Positions 38,651 to 49,641 of a stretch of DNA of 64,000 bases are shown here, piece after piece; the first letter of the stretch is position 1; each line of letters starts with the position of its first letter. The position numbers were made by a program, and so were the translations under genes. The notes below the pieces were generated by a model. The model had not been told where the DNA came from and ran no database searches. It saw nothing but the letters and a program-made list of their open reading frames with translations. The stretch comes from Bilabrum cf. latius (Eukaryota), in the NCBI GenBank assembly GCA_965178125.1, contig OZ237741.1, positions 1,116,001-1,180,000 of the forward strand, read 5' to 3'.

Positions 38651-38974
38651 TTAAGTAGAAATTAGATTTAATGTATCTAAGATTTGGTTTATCACTTTAA
38701 TTTTGTTTTCGGTATTGAGTGATTGATAAAGGGATGGACCACCAGTGTTAGGCTTAACTGCTTTGTATTTTAGATCAGAGTGATTAGGATCAATATCCAT
38801 TAGCTCGAGTTCTTTTTTAAGTAAAGGCAGGTGGAAATCGATGGCATTTTTGCTAATGCGAGATAGTTCTATTCTTTCTATTTCTTCGATTGGAAATTCC
38901 ACACATCCAAGCAATAATCGATCGGATTTCTTATCAAACATGATTTTAAAAGGAAGGAGTTGACTGTATTCCAT
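38651..38974 (-). CDS. Hypothetical protein (107 aa)
   Basis: ATG to TAA ORF with the conserved upstream motif. Confidence 0.65.
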   Translation of the reverse strand: MEYSQLLPFKIMFDKKSDRLLLGCVEFPIEEIERIELSRISKNAIDFHLPLLKKELELMDIDPNHSDLKYKAVKPNTGGPSLYQSLNTENKIKVINQILDTLNLIST

Positions 38975-39062
38975 ATATTCTAATTAATGTAAATTAGCCT
39001 TAAATCATTTTTTATGTAAATGATTTAATGCATAAATGATATCCAGTTCTTTTAACAGCGCG

Positions 39063-40073
39063 TCATTTTCCCCCTTTCAATCCCATCAGCATGCTTTTTA
39101 GAATAAAACACACCACATTAACCGACATTGCATTTCCAACCTGTTTATATGTCTGTGCTCTACTAACGCAAATTTTAAAATCTGGAGGAAATCCCTGCAA
39201 TCTTAGATATTCTAGGGGTGTTAGTTTGCGCATGAGTGATGTAATAAAAAATGTGCAATTACCACCACCTCCAGCAAGTAAACATGGTGATATTCCCAGC
39301 TAAGCACCTGTTCTTTTGTATGATGATACATTCAAATTCATTACCCAATCATTCTTGATGTTATCAATCAAACCATTGGACAAAGAATCTTTGATTAATT
39401 GTTTCTTGTGTGGGGTGATTTGAAAATAATATGGATCATTAACATTTTGTTCAAGTATTTCCTTAATTCCTATGGGTAATTTTATGGGCTCGGGCGGCAC
39501 AAATGATCCTTTTGTACCCACTATGTAAACGCGATCTCTGGATTGCGGCAATCCATAATCCAGTGTATTGTAAACCTAGTGATGAATGAAATATCCTTTT
39601 AATGCTGAAAGATGATCCATGATTGTTTTAAAAGTTTTGCCTTTATCATGGCTTAACAGTCCTTTAACGTTTTCTAGAATAAACATTTGTGGTTGAGTTT
39701 GTTTTATGGTTTCGTAACAGTGAAAAAACACAGTTCCTCTGTTTTTATTATCGTCAAATCCCTGACGTTTACCCAATGTTGAAAATGATTGGCATGGAAA
39801 TCCGGCACAATATAAATCTAGTTTGGGTAATTTTGAATGATCACGTGTCATTATATTATCATAAAATATGCGCGGTTGGTGGTTGCATTTAATACTGGCT
39901 TTAGCTGATTTATCTATATCTGATGCAAATTCATATTGAAAAGGTATATTCATGATTTTTAAGGAATGAATTGGTGCATCTATGCCACTACAATCGGTTC
40001 CAACTTTTAACTTTGGTGTGCTGTTAATGATTCTATATAAATCATCATCATATATACTTTTAAGATAACTCAT
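39063..40073 (-). CDS. C5 DNA cytosine methyltransferase (Dcm/HhaI-like, 336 aa)
   Basis: DCSGID, AGFPCQSFS, ENVKG, PQSRDRV, RKLTPLE..RLQGFP, YKQVGNA; two TAGs; TGA stop. Confidence 0.9.
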
Positions 40074-40159
40074 GTACTATGGCAACGTGCTAATACGTGT
40101 GTTTTTATACTTCAAATACTATTCATAACTCATATAATATGATCAATGAAATTTAACTG

Positions 40160-41365
40160 TTATTTTTTCCATGAGAAAGTCCATTTGTCTTTCTTGTCTT
40201 TTTTCCAAACCACATTGTGTCGCTTATCAAATAGCCGTACCATTTTTGGTACATCCAATTCCAAATTTTTCAGACTATTCCATTCCGGTTTAGAGTATCC
40301 TTTGTATCTAACAATGTATCCCTATTCGCCATCTCGGACACTGGGACGTGTAATGCTACTAAGTTCAAATCGCTCCGCTAATTTACTCTTGTTTTCCACC
40401 GCATTGATTTGTTGCAAATCCTCGTTGCCATACTTGGTTTTAAGTAAGCCTCCCTGGCTATCCTTAACTTGATACTGGAAAGGACTCCAAGGCTATCGTG
40501 GCTTAAACACCTCGGCAACCTGGTATAAATCCTTGGACCAATTCTCCGCACGCTTTTGGTTTTGGTTCTAGACTAATTTAATTCGTACCTGATCGCCAAT
40601 CTTGAATTGCTGGGTTGCCAAATCTTGCTTGGATGCTTGTTTGATTTCAGGAGCCTCTTTCATATTTGATTGTTTCCATTCCTCAACCAATTTATCAGGT
40701 GCTTTACCCGTGGTAGTTTGTGGAGTGGAATTGTATGCTTTGAGATATAATGGCAAGTTAACATCCCAATCATTTTCGCCTGTGCTCAGTAAATCGCTTT
40801 TAATAAATCGTTTGAGTGTGCCATTGAATCTTTCAACGAGTCCATTGGTCTAAGGCTTTCCTGCAGTACTCAAGATCTGTTTAATTTTCAAGGATTTTAA
40901 ACGGGCTTTAAATTTCTTGTTGATAAACTCTGAACCGTTATCGCTCTAGATGGATTTGGGTAATTTGGGTAATTCATCCAGCAATAGGTCTAAACTATCA
41001 AGAACAGTCTTTTCATTTTTATTGGGCATTGGCAAAGCGTATGCTTTTCGGGTATAGGCATCAATGGCAGTTAGTAACCAATTTGCTCCTCTTGCAGTTG
41101 TGCTACTACTCATATCAACTAAATCTATTTGTAGTTTGTTGAATGGTGCTTTGGATCGGCTGGATTTGATGCTTTTGGCTTGGCGTGTTGGCTTTTGCAT
41201 TTGATACACCTCTTGATTACTCAGCCAAGAGTAGACGGTTCGTCGTGGAAGATCGACACCGTTATCCAAAGCAAGTTTCCAAAAGCGATCGCGCCCCAAA
41301 AAGGATTTCTTATCGTAGTACAAGTGGTTTAGTATTTCTCGCTATTTATCTGTGATGCTATTCAT
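40160..41365 (-). CDS. Retroviral-type (rve) integrase with C-terminal chromodomain-like region
   Basis: QIDLVD, I*SDNGSEF, KP*TNGLVERFNGTLKR (DDE triad), YIVRYKGY...W; TAA stop. Confidence 0.9.
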
Positions 41366-41426
41366 TAGTATTTCTTAGATATTTTGATCTGGCAGTGAGT
41401 TAAAAAAAATACTATTATTAAGTATA

Positions 41427-42296
41427 ATGCAATGTTGTATTTGTTTAAAGGATATAAATGATTGGAAGTATGTTCATACTGGATGTTGTAAAGACGGCAC
41501 GGTTTGTAAGGAGTGCCATAAATCTTTGAGTGGAAATAAATGTCCAGTTTGTAGATATGAGATTCCAGGACAAACTCAGCAACAACCTTATTAGGAGGAG
41601 TTACCTGATTTTATTGTACAGACGAATGGACCTGAATTAGTTACGGTTATAACAAACCGCCCGGAGGGAACGGGTACAAATAGAATGACAGCCGTGAATG
41701 GTAAATTACATTCAATTGATGATTTACCATCAGTTAAGGGAGATTTTGTAGAGATGTGGCATAAAGATGGTGAATTACACAGAGAAAATGATCTACCAGC
41801 ATATTTAGAATCTAATCTTGGCGGATCAAAATTAAAGTGGTACAAAAATGGTCAATTACACAGAGATGTTGAATAGCCATCATATATTGAAAGTTGGAAT
41901 GGCAAAGAAACCAAAAAGTGGAACAAAAACGGTAAGCTACATAGAGTAAATGGTCCAGCATTTATTGAAACTTGTAGAGATAGTATATCCGGAAGGTGGT
42001 TCGAATTAAGACGGTGGTACAAAAATGGTCAATTACACAGAGATGATGGTCCAGCAGTTATTGATAATTATGATAATGAAAAAACAGAAAAGTGGTACAA
42101 AAATGGTCAATTACACAGAGATAATGATGATCCAGCAATTATTGAAACTAAGAATAGTGAAATAACTAGAACATGGTACAAAAATGGTCAATTACACAGA
42201 GAAAATGGTCCAGCAATTATTGAAACTCAGAATAGCGAAATAACTAGAATATGGTACAAAAATGGAGTGCTACAATTCGTAAAATAGAACCCGTAA
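41427..42296 (+). CDS. RING-like zinc finger + WYKNGQLHR repeat protein (paralog of 37661-38257)
   Basis: 5' region nearly identical to 37661 onward; about 7 repeat units; three TAGs. Confidence 0.8.
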
Positions 42297-42398
42297 TCGT
42301 GAGGAGATGAAATTCTCTCTATGTAAGTACACAGACAACTGTGATTTTGCGAATAATTCCGTATTAATTTAATTGATATTAATAGGGAATTTCTGAAA

Positions 42399-43844
42399 TC
42401 ATCCATTAGCACGTCGACGACGTCTTAATCGATCTAATAGGAATTGTTCATCTTGGGCTTTCTATCCTTTCTTGCCAGATCGGCGTTCATTAGCATTGAT
42501 CCTCCTGTGTGCTTTTGGAGCAACTGCTTTTAATCCCTTATCACCAATTACTTTGCGTAAAGGTCCAGCTACTAAACCATCAAAAGCTAGTTTACCAACC
42601 TCTTGCAGTAAGCCTCCGCCTTTCAAATTACTTGCTTGTTTATCTTGAGCAACAGGAAACTAAGGTTTGCCTCCTTTAATTACATTATACGCATCTCGTA
42701 AAGCTTCGCCTTGTGTGGCGTTCACGTATGCACGGCGTTTAGCACCAGCGAGTTGCATGGCACGTTTCTGGATGGAATCGGGTTTGCTGGAGTTTTTCTT
42801 GCTTGGTTGCTTAGCACCTCTGCCTTTAACCTCACCACTTGCAGAACCACTTGCAGCACCACTTGCACCTTCACTAGAACCACTTGCACCACTAGAACCA
42901 CTTGCAGAACCACTTGCGCTCTCGCTAGCACCTTGAGCAGCTGCTTTGCCTTCGGCGCTGCCTTGTTCGGCACTAGCACGTGCTTTAGCGGATACTTTAA
43001 TTTTCCGTTTGGATTTGGCTTTTGGTTTAATTGGAATCCTGGATTTTGCCCTAAGAGCTTTTGATTTTTTAGGTGATGCAATACTTGGTCTGTATATGCC
43101 CTAACGATTAGAGGATTCTGTTGGTGCTTTAGACTCTTGGGTGTTGCTATTTGAGAAAAAGCTTGCTCCATCAACATATTGGGTATCATCATCTGCACTA
43201 TCATCATCATCATCATCTCCACCTCCATCTTTACCAACATCATCTCCGCCATCGCCGCCTTGTCCAGCACCGCTAGCCGGTCCGATACCATCATCCAGAT
43301 CAATGGGATTGATAGATGATGAAGGACCACCAGTTGCACTGCTTTGTGTTCCTCGGCGTCTGAGTTCGGGATCTTGAACTTTCTTGAGTAAAGCTTGACT
43401 GGCAGATTCCATGGCTTCATCGTAGGCAACTTGGGCTAAAGCACCTATACGGTTTGGTTCTAATTTGTCAACTCGTCGATTTAGGGACTCGATGTATTTG
43501 GGATCAACAATATCGTGCATTCCAAGGGTTTCAACAATTTTGGCGGCAATATTTATCATGGAATCCATATTTTCATCATCCTCTCGCTCTAATTGAGTCA
43601 TCAAGGTACTGATTCTGGCTTTTGCCCTGCGATCATCACGCATTTCATCCTAATTTAGGAAACCTGCTTGGCGCAACTTCTTGGTTCGCTCGGCACGTTT
43701 AAAGGCTTGTACGCGATCCTAGATATCTTGCTGTAATTCACCGATTCGTTCCTACTCGATTCCTGCAGAACCAGCGATACTTTGTTGTAATAGTTTAAGG
43801 AGCATCAATCGCTCTTGTTCTTGTGTAGAGATATTACTACTCAT
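42399..43844 (-). CDS. Low-complexity acidic/basic protein (481 aa), candidate virion core protein
   Basis: Single frame across TAGs to TGA; D-rich, K/R-rich and ASG-repeat tracts; IKGG and LKGG motifs. Confidence 0.7.
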
Positions 43845-43886
43845 ATATACTTGGCAAGAAATAATTTCTCATGTACGTCTATATAT

Positions 43887-44897
43887 ATGAGTTTAAGTAC
43901 CATGAGATAGGAAAACAGTAATCCAATAGCATATTCACTTTACGGAGATGGAAAGGTGATTTATTTCATGCCGAAAGTTTATGAAAACGTAAGCGACAGC
44001 GATTCTGAAGACTCAGAAGAAGAAACAGTAGATTAGGCTTACCTAAGGTACAAGATCGGCGAACGCAAGGCTAGAATCGTCAAGAATCAACCAAAGCACT
44101 GGGAGGAGTTACGAGATAGGGGTTTTAAAATCTACAAATTTAAAAACTAGAGTGGAAAGATCATCCCCTTGATGACTAAAGAGAGTCCTCGTTGTTGTAT
44201 TTACAACTTTGGAATGTCTGGAAGTGGCAAGACGACTCTTGGAATTGAGATATTGCAAACAATGAGAAACTTAAATCCAAACTTGTAGATTGTAGTAGTA
44301 AACGGAAAACCCTAGGAATCTCGATTCAAAGAATTAGGAATGATAGAAGTCCCGATACATGAACTGGTTGTTCCAGACGATTCAGCAAGATTATATCGAG
44401 ATGCAGTAATTGAGTTTAAACATACAAAGAAAGGCATGGATCCAGAACAAAGGATTGAGGGTGAGAAAGCCTTGGATAGAATGAAAGTTGCCATGAAAAG
44501 AGGTGGTAAATATACTTTAACACCGGGATTGCACAAATTACTAGAACGTCCAAGTGTGTTGATGTTTGATGATATCGAGGGTGAATTAGAATCAAGAGCC
44601 ATGTTTTTAGCGGAACACTTACTTGTTAAAGGAAGAAGTCATGGAGCGAGTGTAATATGGGTTACGCACTCTCCCAGTGATTACAGGAAAACCCGTTTGT
44701 TGCATCGAGAGTGTTAGAGTTATATTATTTACAGATAGACTCCTGAACGTGATCGTAATTTCCTAATGGATAAATATTTGAGTTTAAACAAGAAACAGAT
44801 GCATCTTTTAGAGGATTAGTTTAAATCTAGTAGATGGGTGTACATAGATAAGATTAATAGATACGCGGTCACTCAAAGCAAGTGCTTTTTATTCTGA
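43887..44897 (+). CDS. FtsK-HerA family DNA packaging ATPase
   Basis: GMSGSGKT, VLMFDDIE, GRSHGASVIWVTH, SRWV; many TAGs; TGA stop. Confidence 0.9.
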
Positions 44898-44931
44898 GAA
44901 ACTTGAAATTGATTTTCATTTGAATAATCTA

Positions 44932-45594
44932 ATGCCAGATTACTCAAAAGGAAAGATTTATATGATTTATTCAACAGAATCACCTGTGCTATTGCCATAT
45001 TATGGTAGTACAACACAAACTTTAAACTAGAGATTACAAGGGCACAAAGATAATTTTAAACGGTGGCAAGATGGGAAAACTACCAAGTGCTCCTCATTTA
45101 GATTGTTAGAACGCGATCTAGATAAGGTTGCAATCAAGTTAGTTGAAAAATGTCCTTGCTCAACTCGACAAGAACTAGAACTACGTGAAGCCGATTGGAT
45201 TAAAAGTCATCCTTGTATAAACCAGTGTGTTCCATCTGGAATTGTTGCGGGATCTATACAAGATTGGCAAAAACAATACTATCAAATTAATCGTGATAAA
45301 TACCTAAAACGTTATAAACAGTATAGTCAAGCTAATCGAGAGCGCATTCAAGTATACAGCAAACAATACCGCCAAGCTAATCGAGAGAAAATTAACGAAC
45401 GTAAAAAGCAATACCGCCAAGCTAATCGAGAGAAAATTAACGAACGGTAGCGCTAGAAGATTACTTGTGAATGTGGAACAGAAATAAGACGCGCGGGTAT
45501 AGCAGAGCATCGCCGTACTAAGAAACACCAGAAATGGCTTGAATAGCAATCAAGACCAAAGATTAAAGTGAAAATCAAGATTACTCCAATTTGA
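44932..45594 (+). CDS. GIY-YIG endonuclease with C-terminal zinc ribbon
   Basis: MPDYSKGKIY...YYGSTTQTLN*R...H, ELREADWI, CECG...H..TKKH. Confidence 0.8.
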
Positions 45595-45955
45595 CGTCAC
45601 GAAAGTACCCTTTTGGATATTTTAGCAACAGTTCCTCCCCTTGTTTAATATCCCGAGTTGGCAATAGCCATCTTTCTTTGATTATAACATTGGGTTGCAT
45701 ATCGGCACTCTTACCAAAGCCCACTCCATTTACAAAGTTAATAACGTGGGGCAATTCACGGGAACAGATCCATTTGCGGAATGGTCTCCTTAAACAGAAT
45801 CTAAAGTTACCATATTTGAGTCGAATATCAGCACTGCTCATTTCAATTCCAAAGAAATAAGCAATGGGTGTGCCTTTAGGGATATCTCTAGATGCAAATA
45901 CTCCATAACCAGCAATGGGACTTTTCTTTATTATTACTATATCATTTTGATACAT
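45581..45955 (-). CDS. Viral SET-domain protein
   Basis: KSPIAGYGVFASRDIPKG, NFVN, PNV, RDIKQGEELLLKY. Confidence 0.8.
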   Translation of the reverse strand: MYQNDIVIIKKSPIAGYGVFASRDIPKGTPIAYFFGIEMSSADIRLKYGNFRFCLRRPFRKWICSRELPHVINFVNGVGFGKSADMQPNVIIKERWLLPTRDIKQGEELLLKYPKGYFRDVKLE

Positions 45956-45999
45956 ATATGAAATAGTAGTAATTTTATTTCTAGAGTATAGTTTTTAGT

Positions 46000-46629
46000 T
46001 TAGACAGCGTGTTTGAGTGATCGATAGGTAACCATAACCTCGGAGGCTAGTTGTCCAATGCTGTCGAAAGTTACGTATTCATCACCACCAAACTCAAACT
46101 GGCGAAATTGCTCTCTGGAGTGATCGAATACTTGTTTATCAGAATCACTGAGTTGTTTTCTGATTTGTTCAGAATAGCGTTTGCTTGGAATGGCAACACA
46201 GACACTTGTTCGCTTAAAGCGTTCGAGGGCTACATCTACATCACTAGTTACGAATATCGCCTTACGATCCTTGTTGATCAACCATTCACGTTTTACATCT
46301 TCAATTGCTTGAAGCACAAACTTACGCCGGATATCGGCACTTACCCCTTTATCTTGGTGTTGTTCACCCCAAGCTAATTTTAATTGTTCGGTAGCGTTGC
46401 CAAATACTGATGCTTTGACACATTCATCAAGATCAACTAATCTAAGATTCTTGTTGCGTGATTGAAGCGTCTTGCATAGCTAACTCTTACCACATTTGCT
46501 GGGAATTAAGAGCACTAGCTTTTTACGTTGATCAAGAGGGCGTTCAAATACATATTTATAAAGAAACCAAACGGCATGATAGCCTAAAGAAACTAATCCT
46601 GTGGCTACTACGGAAGTATTTATCTCCAT
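46000..46629 (-). CDS. Hypothetical protein with N-terminal hydrophobic segment and P-loop-like motif
   Basis: LVLLIPSKCGKS*LCK...LVDLDE; 209 aa; TAA stop. Confidence 0.6.
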
Positions 46630-46659
46630 TATACTCTAGATAAGAAAAAAAATAAGAAA

Positions 46660-46828
46660 TACCCAATCTCCGCCCCTCTCCTGAACACAGAGAGGGTATG
46701 CGCGTCATCGCAAGCAATCCGTTGGCTTGGTCGCACCTTCCCGGTCGCAACCGCCATCGGAACCCAACGAGACGTTCACGCGCTCCCACTCTGGCATCAA
46801 CACCGAACCCCATCCGGCGTTAGGATCA
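46660..46828. repeat. 169-bp GC-rich repeat, copy 2 (intergenic)
   Basis: Appears identical to 35976-36144. Confidence 0.9.
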
Positions 46829-46830
46829 TA

Positions 46831-47361
46831 ATGGCAGATATACTGACCGACCCAAGAAATACCAATAACCTTTATGCCCCAAGAATGGGAACAAAGACTT
46901 TACGCTTAAATCCAGTTTTAGGTCCAAGCGATGTATTAGTTGGCAACTCAAGTATTATATTTGAGGGCTCAATAGGAGTACCTTACATCCTTTCAGAAGC
47001 AGATGAGCTTAGATTTGGTAAAAACGCACTATCCGCTGGAATGAGATTATTGTTTAGCAATGATGGCGAGAATTGTAATATTGATCTGAATGGCACAGTT
47101 AATTCCACTAATGCAGTTAAAGCCCATGGATCAGGCAGTTGGACTGGTGGTTCATCATTGGCAACCTAGACCTTTTCAGCCCCAGGTGTGGTTGCAGGTG
47201 ATCACGTTCATATTACTACAACTACTGAACCAACAGGAGGGGCAACTGAGTTTTTGAAAGTGGTTGCAGGAACTGATGAGTTTACAGTCCATCTATCCGG
47301 TAACGCAGCAGGTAATGAGGATTATGCTTTCAACTATTTGGTTCTTCCTTAGAGTTCTTAA
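46831..47361 (+). CDS. G/T/S-rich beta-structure protein, candidate fibre/spike
   Basis: 176 aa through two TAGs; function inferred from composition only. Confidence 0.5.
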
Positions 47362-47416
47362 GTTGATAATTACTGTTATTTAATTATACAATTAACTAAT
47401 AGTAACAATTTAGTTT

Positions 47417-48085
47417 TTAGTTTTGTGCTAAGTAGTATTTTTGCTCCCATTTCCATCGATCGAGAGATCCATCAGACACCGGACGGTGTTGTTTAAGATA
47501 TCTATGGACTCGGGAATAAGCACGTCTCCAACTGCACATTTTACGATCCACCATTTCTTTGGCAGTCAGAGCACCTTTATCACCAAAATAGATCCATTCA
47601 CCGTTTTCCTGCTCTTGTACCATCCATCGAAATTCGGGTTTATCACTATCAACCACTTCGACTTTAAATGGTTCAGGTTCGGGTTCGGGTTCGGGTTCGG
47701 GTTCGGGTTCGGGTTCGGGATCACCGAAACCTGGAATTACAAAAGAAACCTATCGCTCTCGTTGTAATTTAGGTGGGCTTAAATCCACAACAGATGGTGG
47801 AATGGCAGGTTTAGGTTCAGGTTTTGGAACAGGTTCGGGTTTAGGTGCAGATGGTGGAGTGGCAGGTCTAGATTCTGGTTCAGGCTCAGGTTCATCTGAA
47901 TCGCTATCAGGTTCAAGAACAGGTTCGGGTTCGGGTTCGGGTTCGGGTTCGGGTTCTGGATCGGGTTCTATTCGTAGTTCTTTACGCATTAATTCAAGGT
48001 ATTTGTCACGGGCAACTTTATCGTGAGGATAGGTTTGTTGAGCAACAGACAAAACGTGCAACCATAATTGGTTTTTGGCGTTCAT
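47417..48085 (-). CDS. Hypothetical protein with (PE)n repeats
   Basis: ORFs 47750-48085 and 47417-47656 join across a TAG; GGTTCG hexamer arrays. Confidence 0.7.
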
Positions 48086-48124
48086 ATATATTAGCTTAGA
48101 TTTAATTTGCCACGTAAGATTAAG

Positions 48125-49258
48125 ATGAATTACGATAGCGTATTTAATGCTTTAGAACAGTGGAAGTTTCCTACCTTTTCAGTTGGAAAAACAAGACGTA
48201 AGATTTCAGGTGGAAAGAAAAGTATACCAACTTGTAACTTTGGATTGGTCTAGAAAATGTTTTCTAAAGATAAATCTTGGCAACCAAGTACTGTTATGGT
48301 TAAGAATCCCGAGATTCATCAAATGCTGGTGAAGTTGGGGCGCTAGATTGATCCTAATTTGCGTTTCAGCAATATAACCGTCAACAAAAACTTTTTGTGT
48401 GCCCCTCATACAGATAGCCTAAACAAAGGTATAACCATGATTGTGGCTTTTGGAAATTACAAAGGAGGAGAGTTAGTGGTAAAAAACTAGGATGGAACTC
48501 AATAGCAAATCGATATTAATCGGAAACCGTTTTACTTTTATGGTCACAGTTAGGAGCATTGGACAGCACCGTTCACAGGAACTAGATACAGTTTGGTTTT
48601 TTATAATCATCATCATCATTTGGTAGAGAGACCGCAAACTACTGATAGCAAGGTGATTAAGGAATTGTTAGGAAAAAAGATGGAATATACACAGTTTTTC
48701 AAGTAGGAGAAAGGGGAGAAGTGGTGTGATATCGGAGCAAATATTGGTGCATTTACAGCCAGATGTTAGATGCATGGAATAGCAATCAAGAGTTATGAAC
48801 CAGATGAGGGTAATTATAATATATTGGTTTAGAATTCTGTAACCCCCGATAATTGTTTTAACCAAGCGGTGGTGGCGGATAGTGAGACCCGAGAAATCCC
48901 TTTGTATCTAGCAAAATCAGAGTGGAATCATACCACCTTAAGAAAGGTGCGAGGAAGAAAACGGGTGATTGTGCCAGCCATTAGTTTTAAAAAAGCAATC
49001 GAGGGTTGTGATTGTGTTAAGATGGATATAGAGGGAGCAGAATTGCCGATCTTGGATCAATGTGATTTTACTGGATTGAAAAAGATGGTAGTAGCCTATC
49101 ATGTTAACTATGCTCCAGATTTAGATGAGTTATTGAGGCGAATAGAGAGATTAAAGACTTTCTTTCAAAAGGTACAACATGCACGACTACCAAAGCGAGA
49201 AGCCATGGCAAACAAGAGGGTGTTTCCAAATGAGGTCATGTTGTATTGTAGTAATTGA
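48125..49258 (+). CDS. 2OG-Fe(II) dioxygenase (TET/JBP-like) fused to FkbM-family methyltransferase (377 aa)
   Basis: VNKN..CAPHTDSLN...GNYKGGEL...FNG..*EHWT.PF.GTRYSLVFY, then DIGANIGAF, YEPD, KMDIEGAE; one frame with several TAGs. Confidence 0.8.
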
Positions 49259-49372
49259 ATCCTCAATCCTGAATCTTGAAACCTCAAATTAATTTATTTC
49301 TGTATTAAAACCAAGTCGATTAATACGGAATTAATTGTAAAATCACACTCGTCTGTGTAAGTATCCAGAGGA

Positions 49373-49615
49373 TTATTCAATTTTCTTTTCTTTTTTCCAC
49401 TGGGCAAACCACGAGTGGGAACTAGCATCTTTGGTAAAATTGCCGACGTTCTTGTATCGCTCGGGGTCCTTTTTGCGCATAACGGGGTACATTTCTTTTA
49501 CAAACAGGTTATAGTTGCTGAGTTTCTATTTGGGTCTCTACTTGAGTTGTTGTTTCTTGAGTTTAACAAGTTCGTGTAGGCGTTTAAGGCTAATCTTTCG
49601 AAGATCGATATCCAT
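49373..49615 (-). CDS. Small basic protein, HMG-box-like
   Basis: KLSNYNLFVKE...WKK; 80 aa with two TAGs. Confidence 0.5.
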
Positions 49616-49641
49616 ATATTATTGTAATCTATATTATTTTC

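Noticed and set aside
35976-46828. Diversity-generating retroelement TR/VR pair
   Set aside because: The copies show no adenine-specific mismatches and no reverse transcriptase is present.
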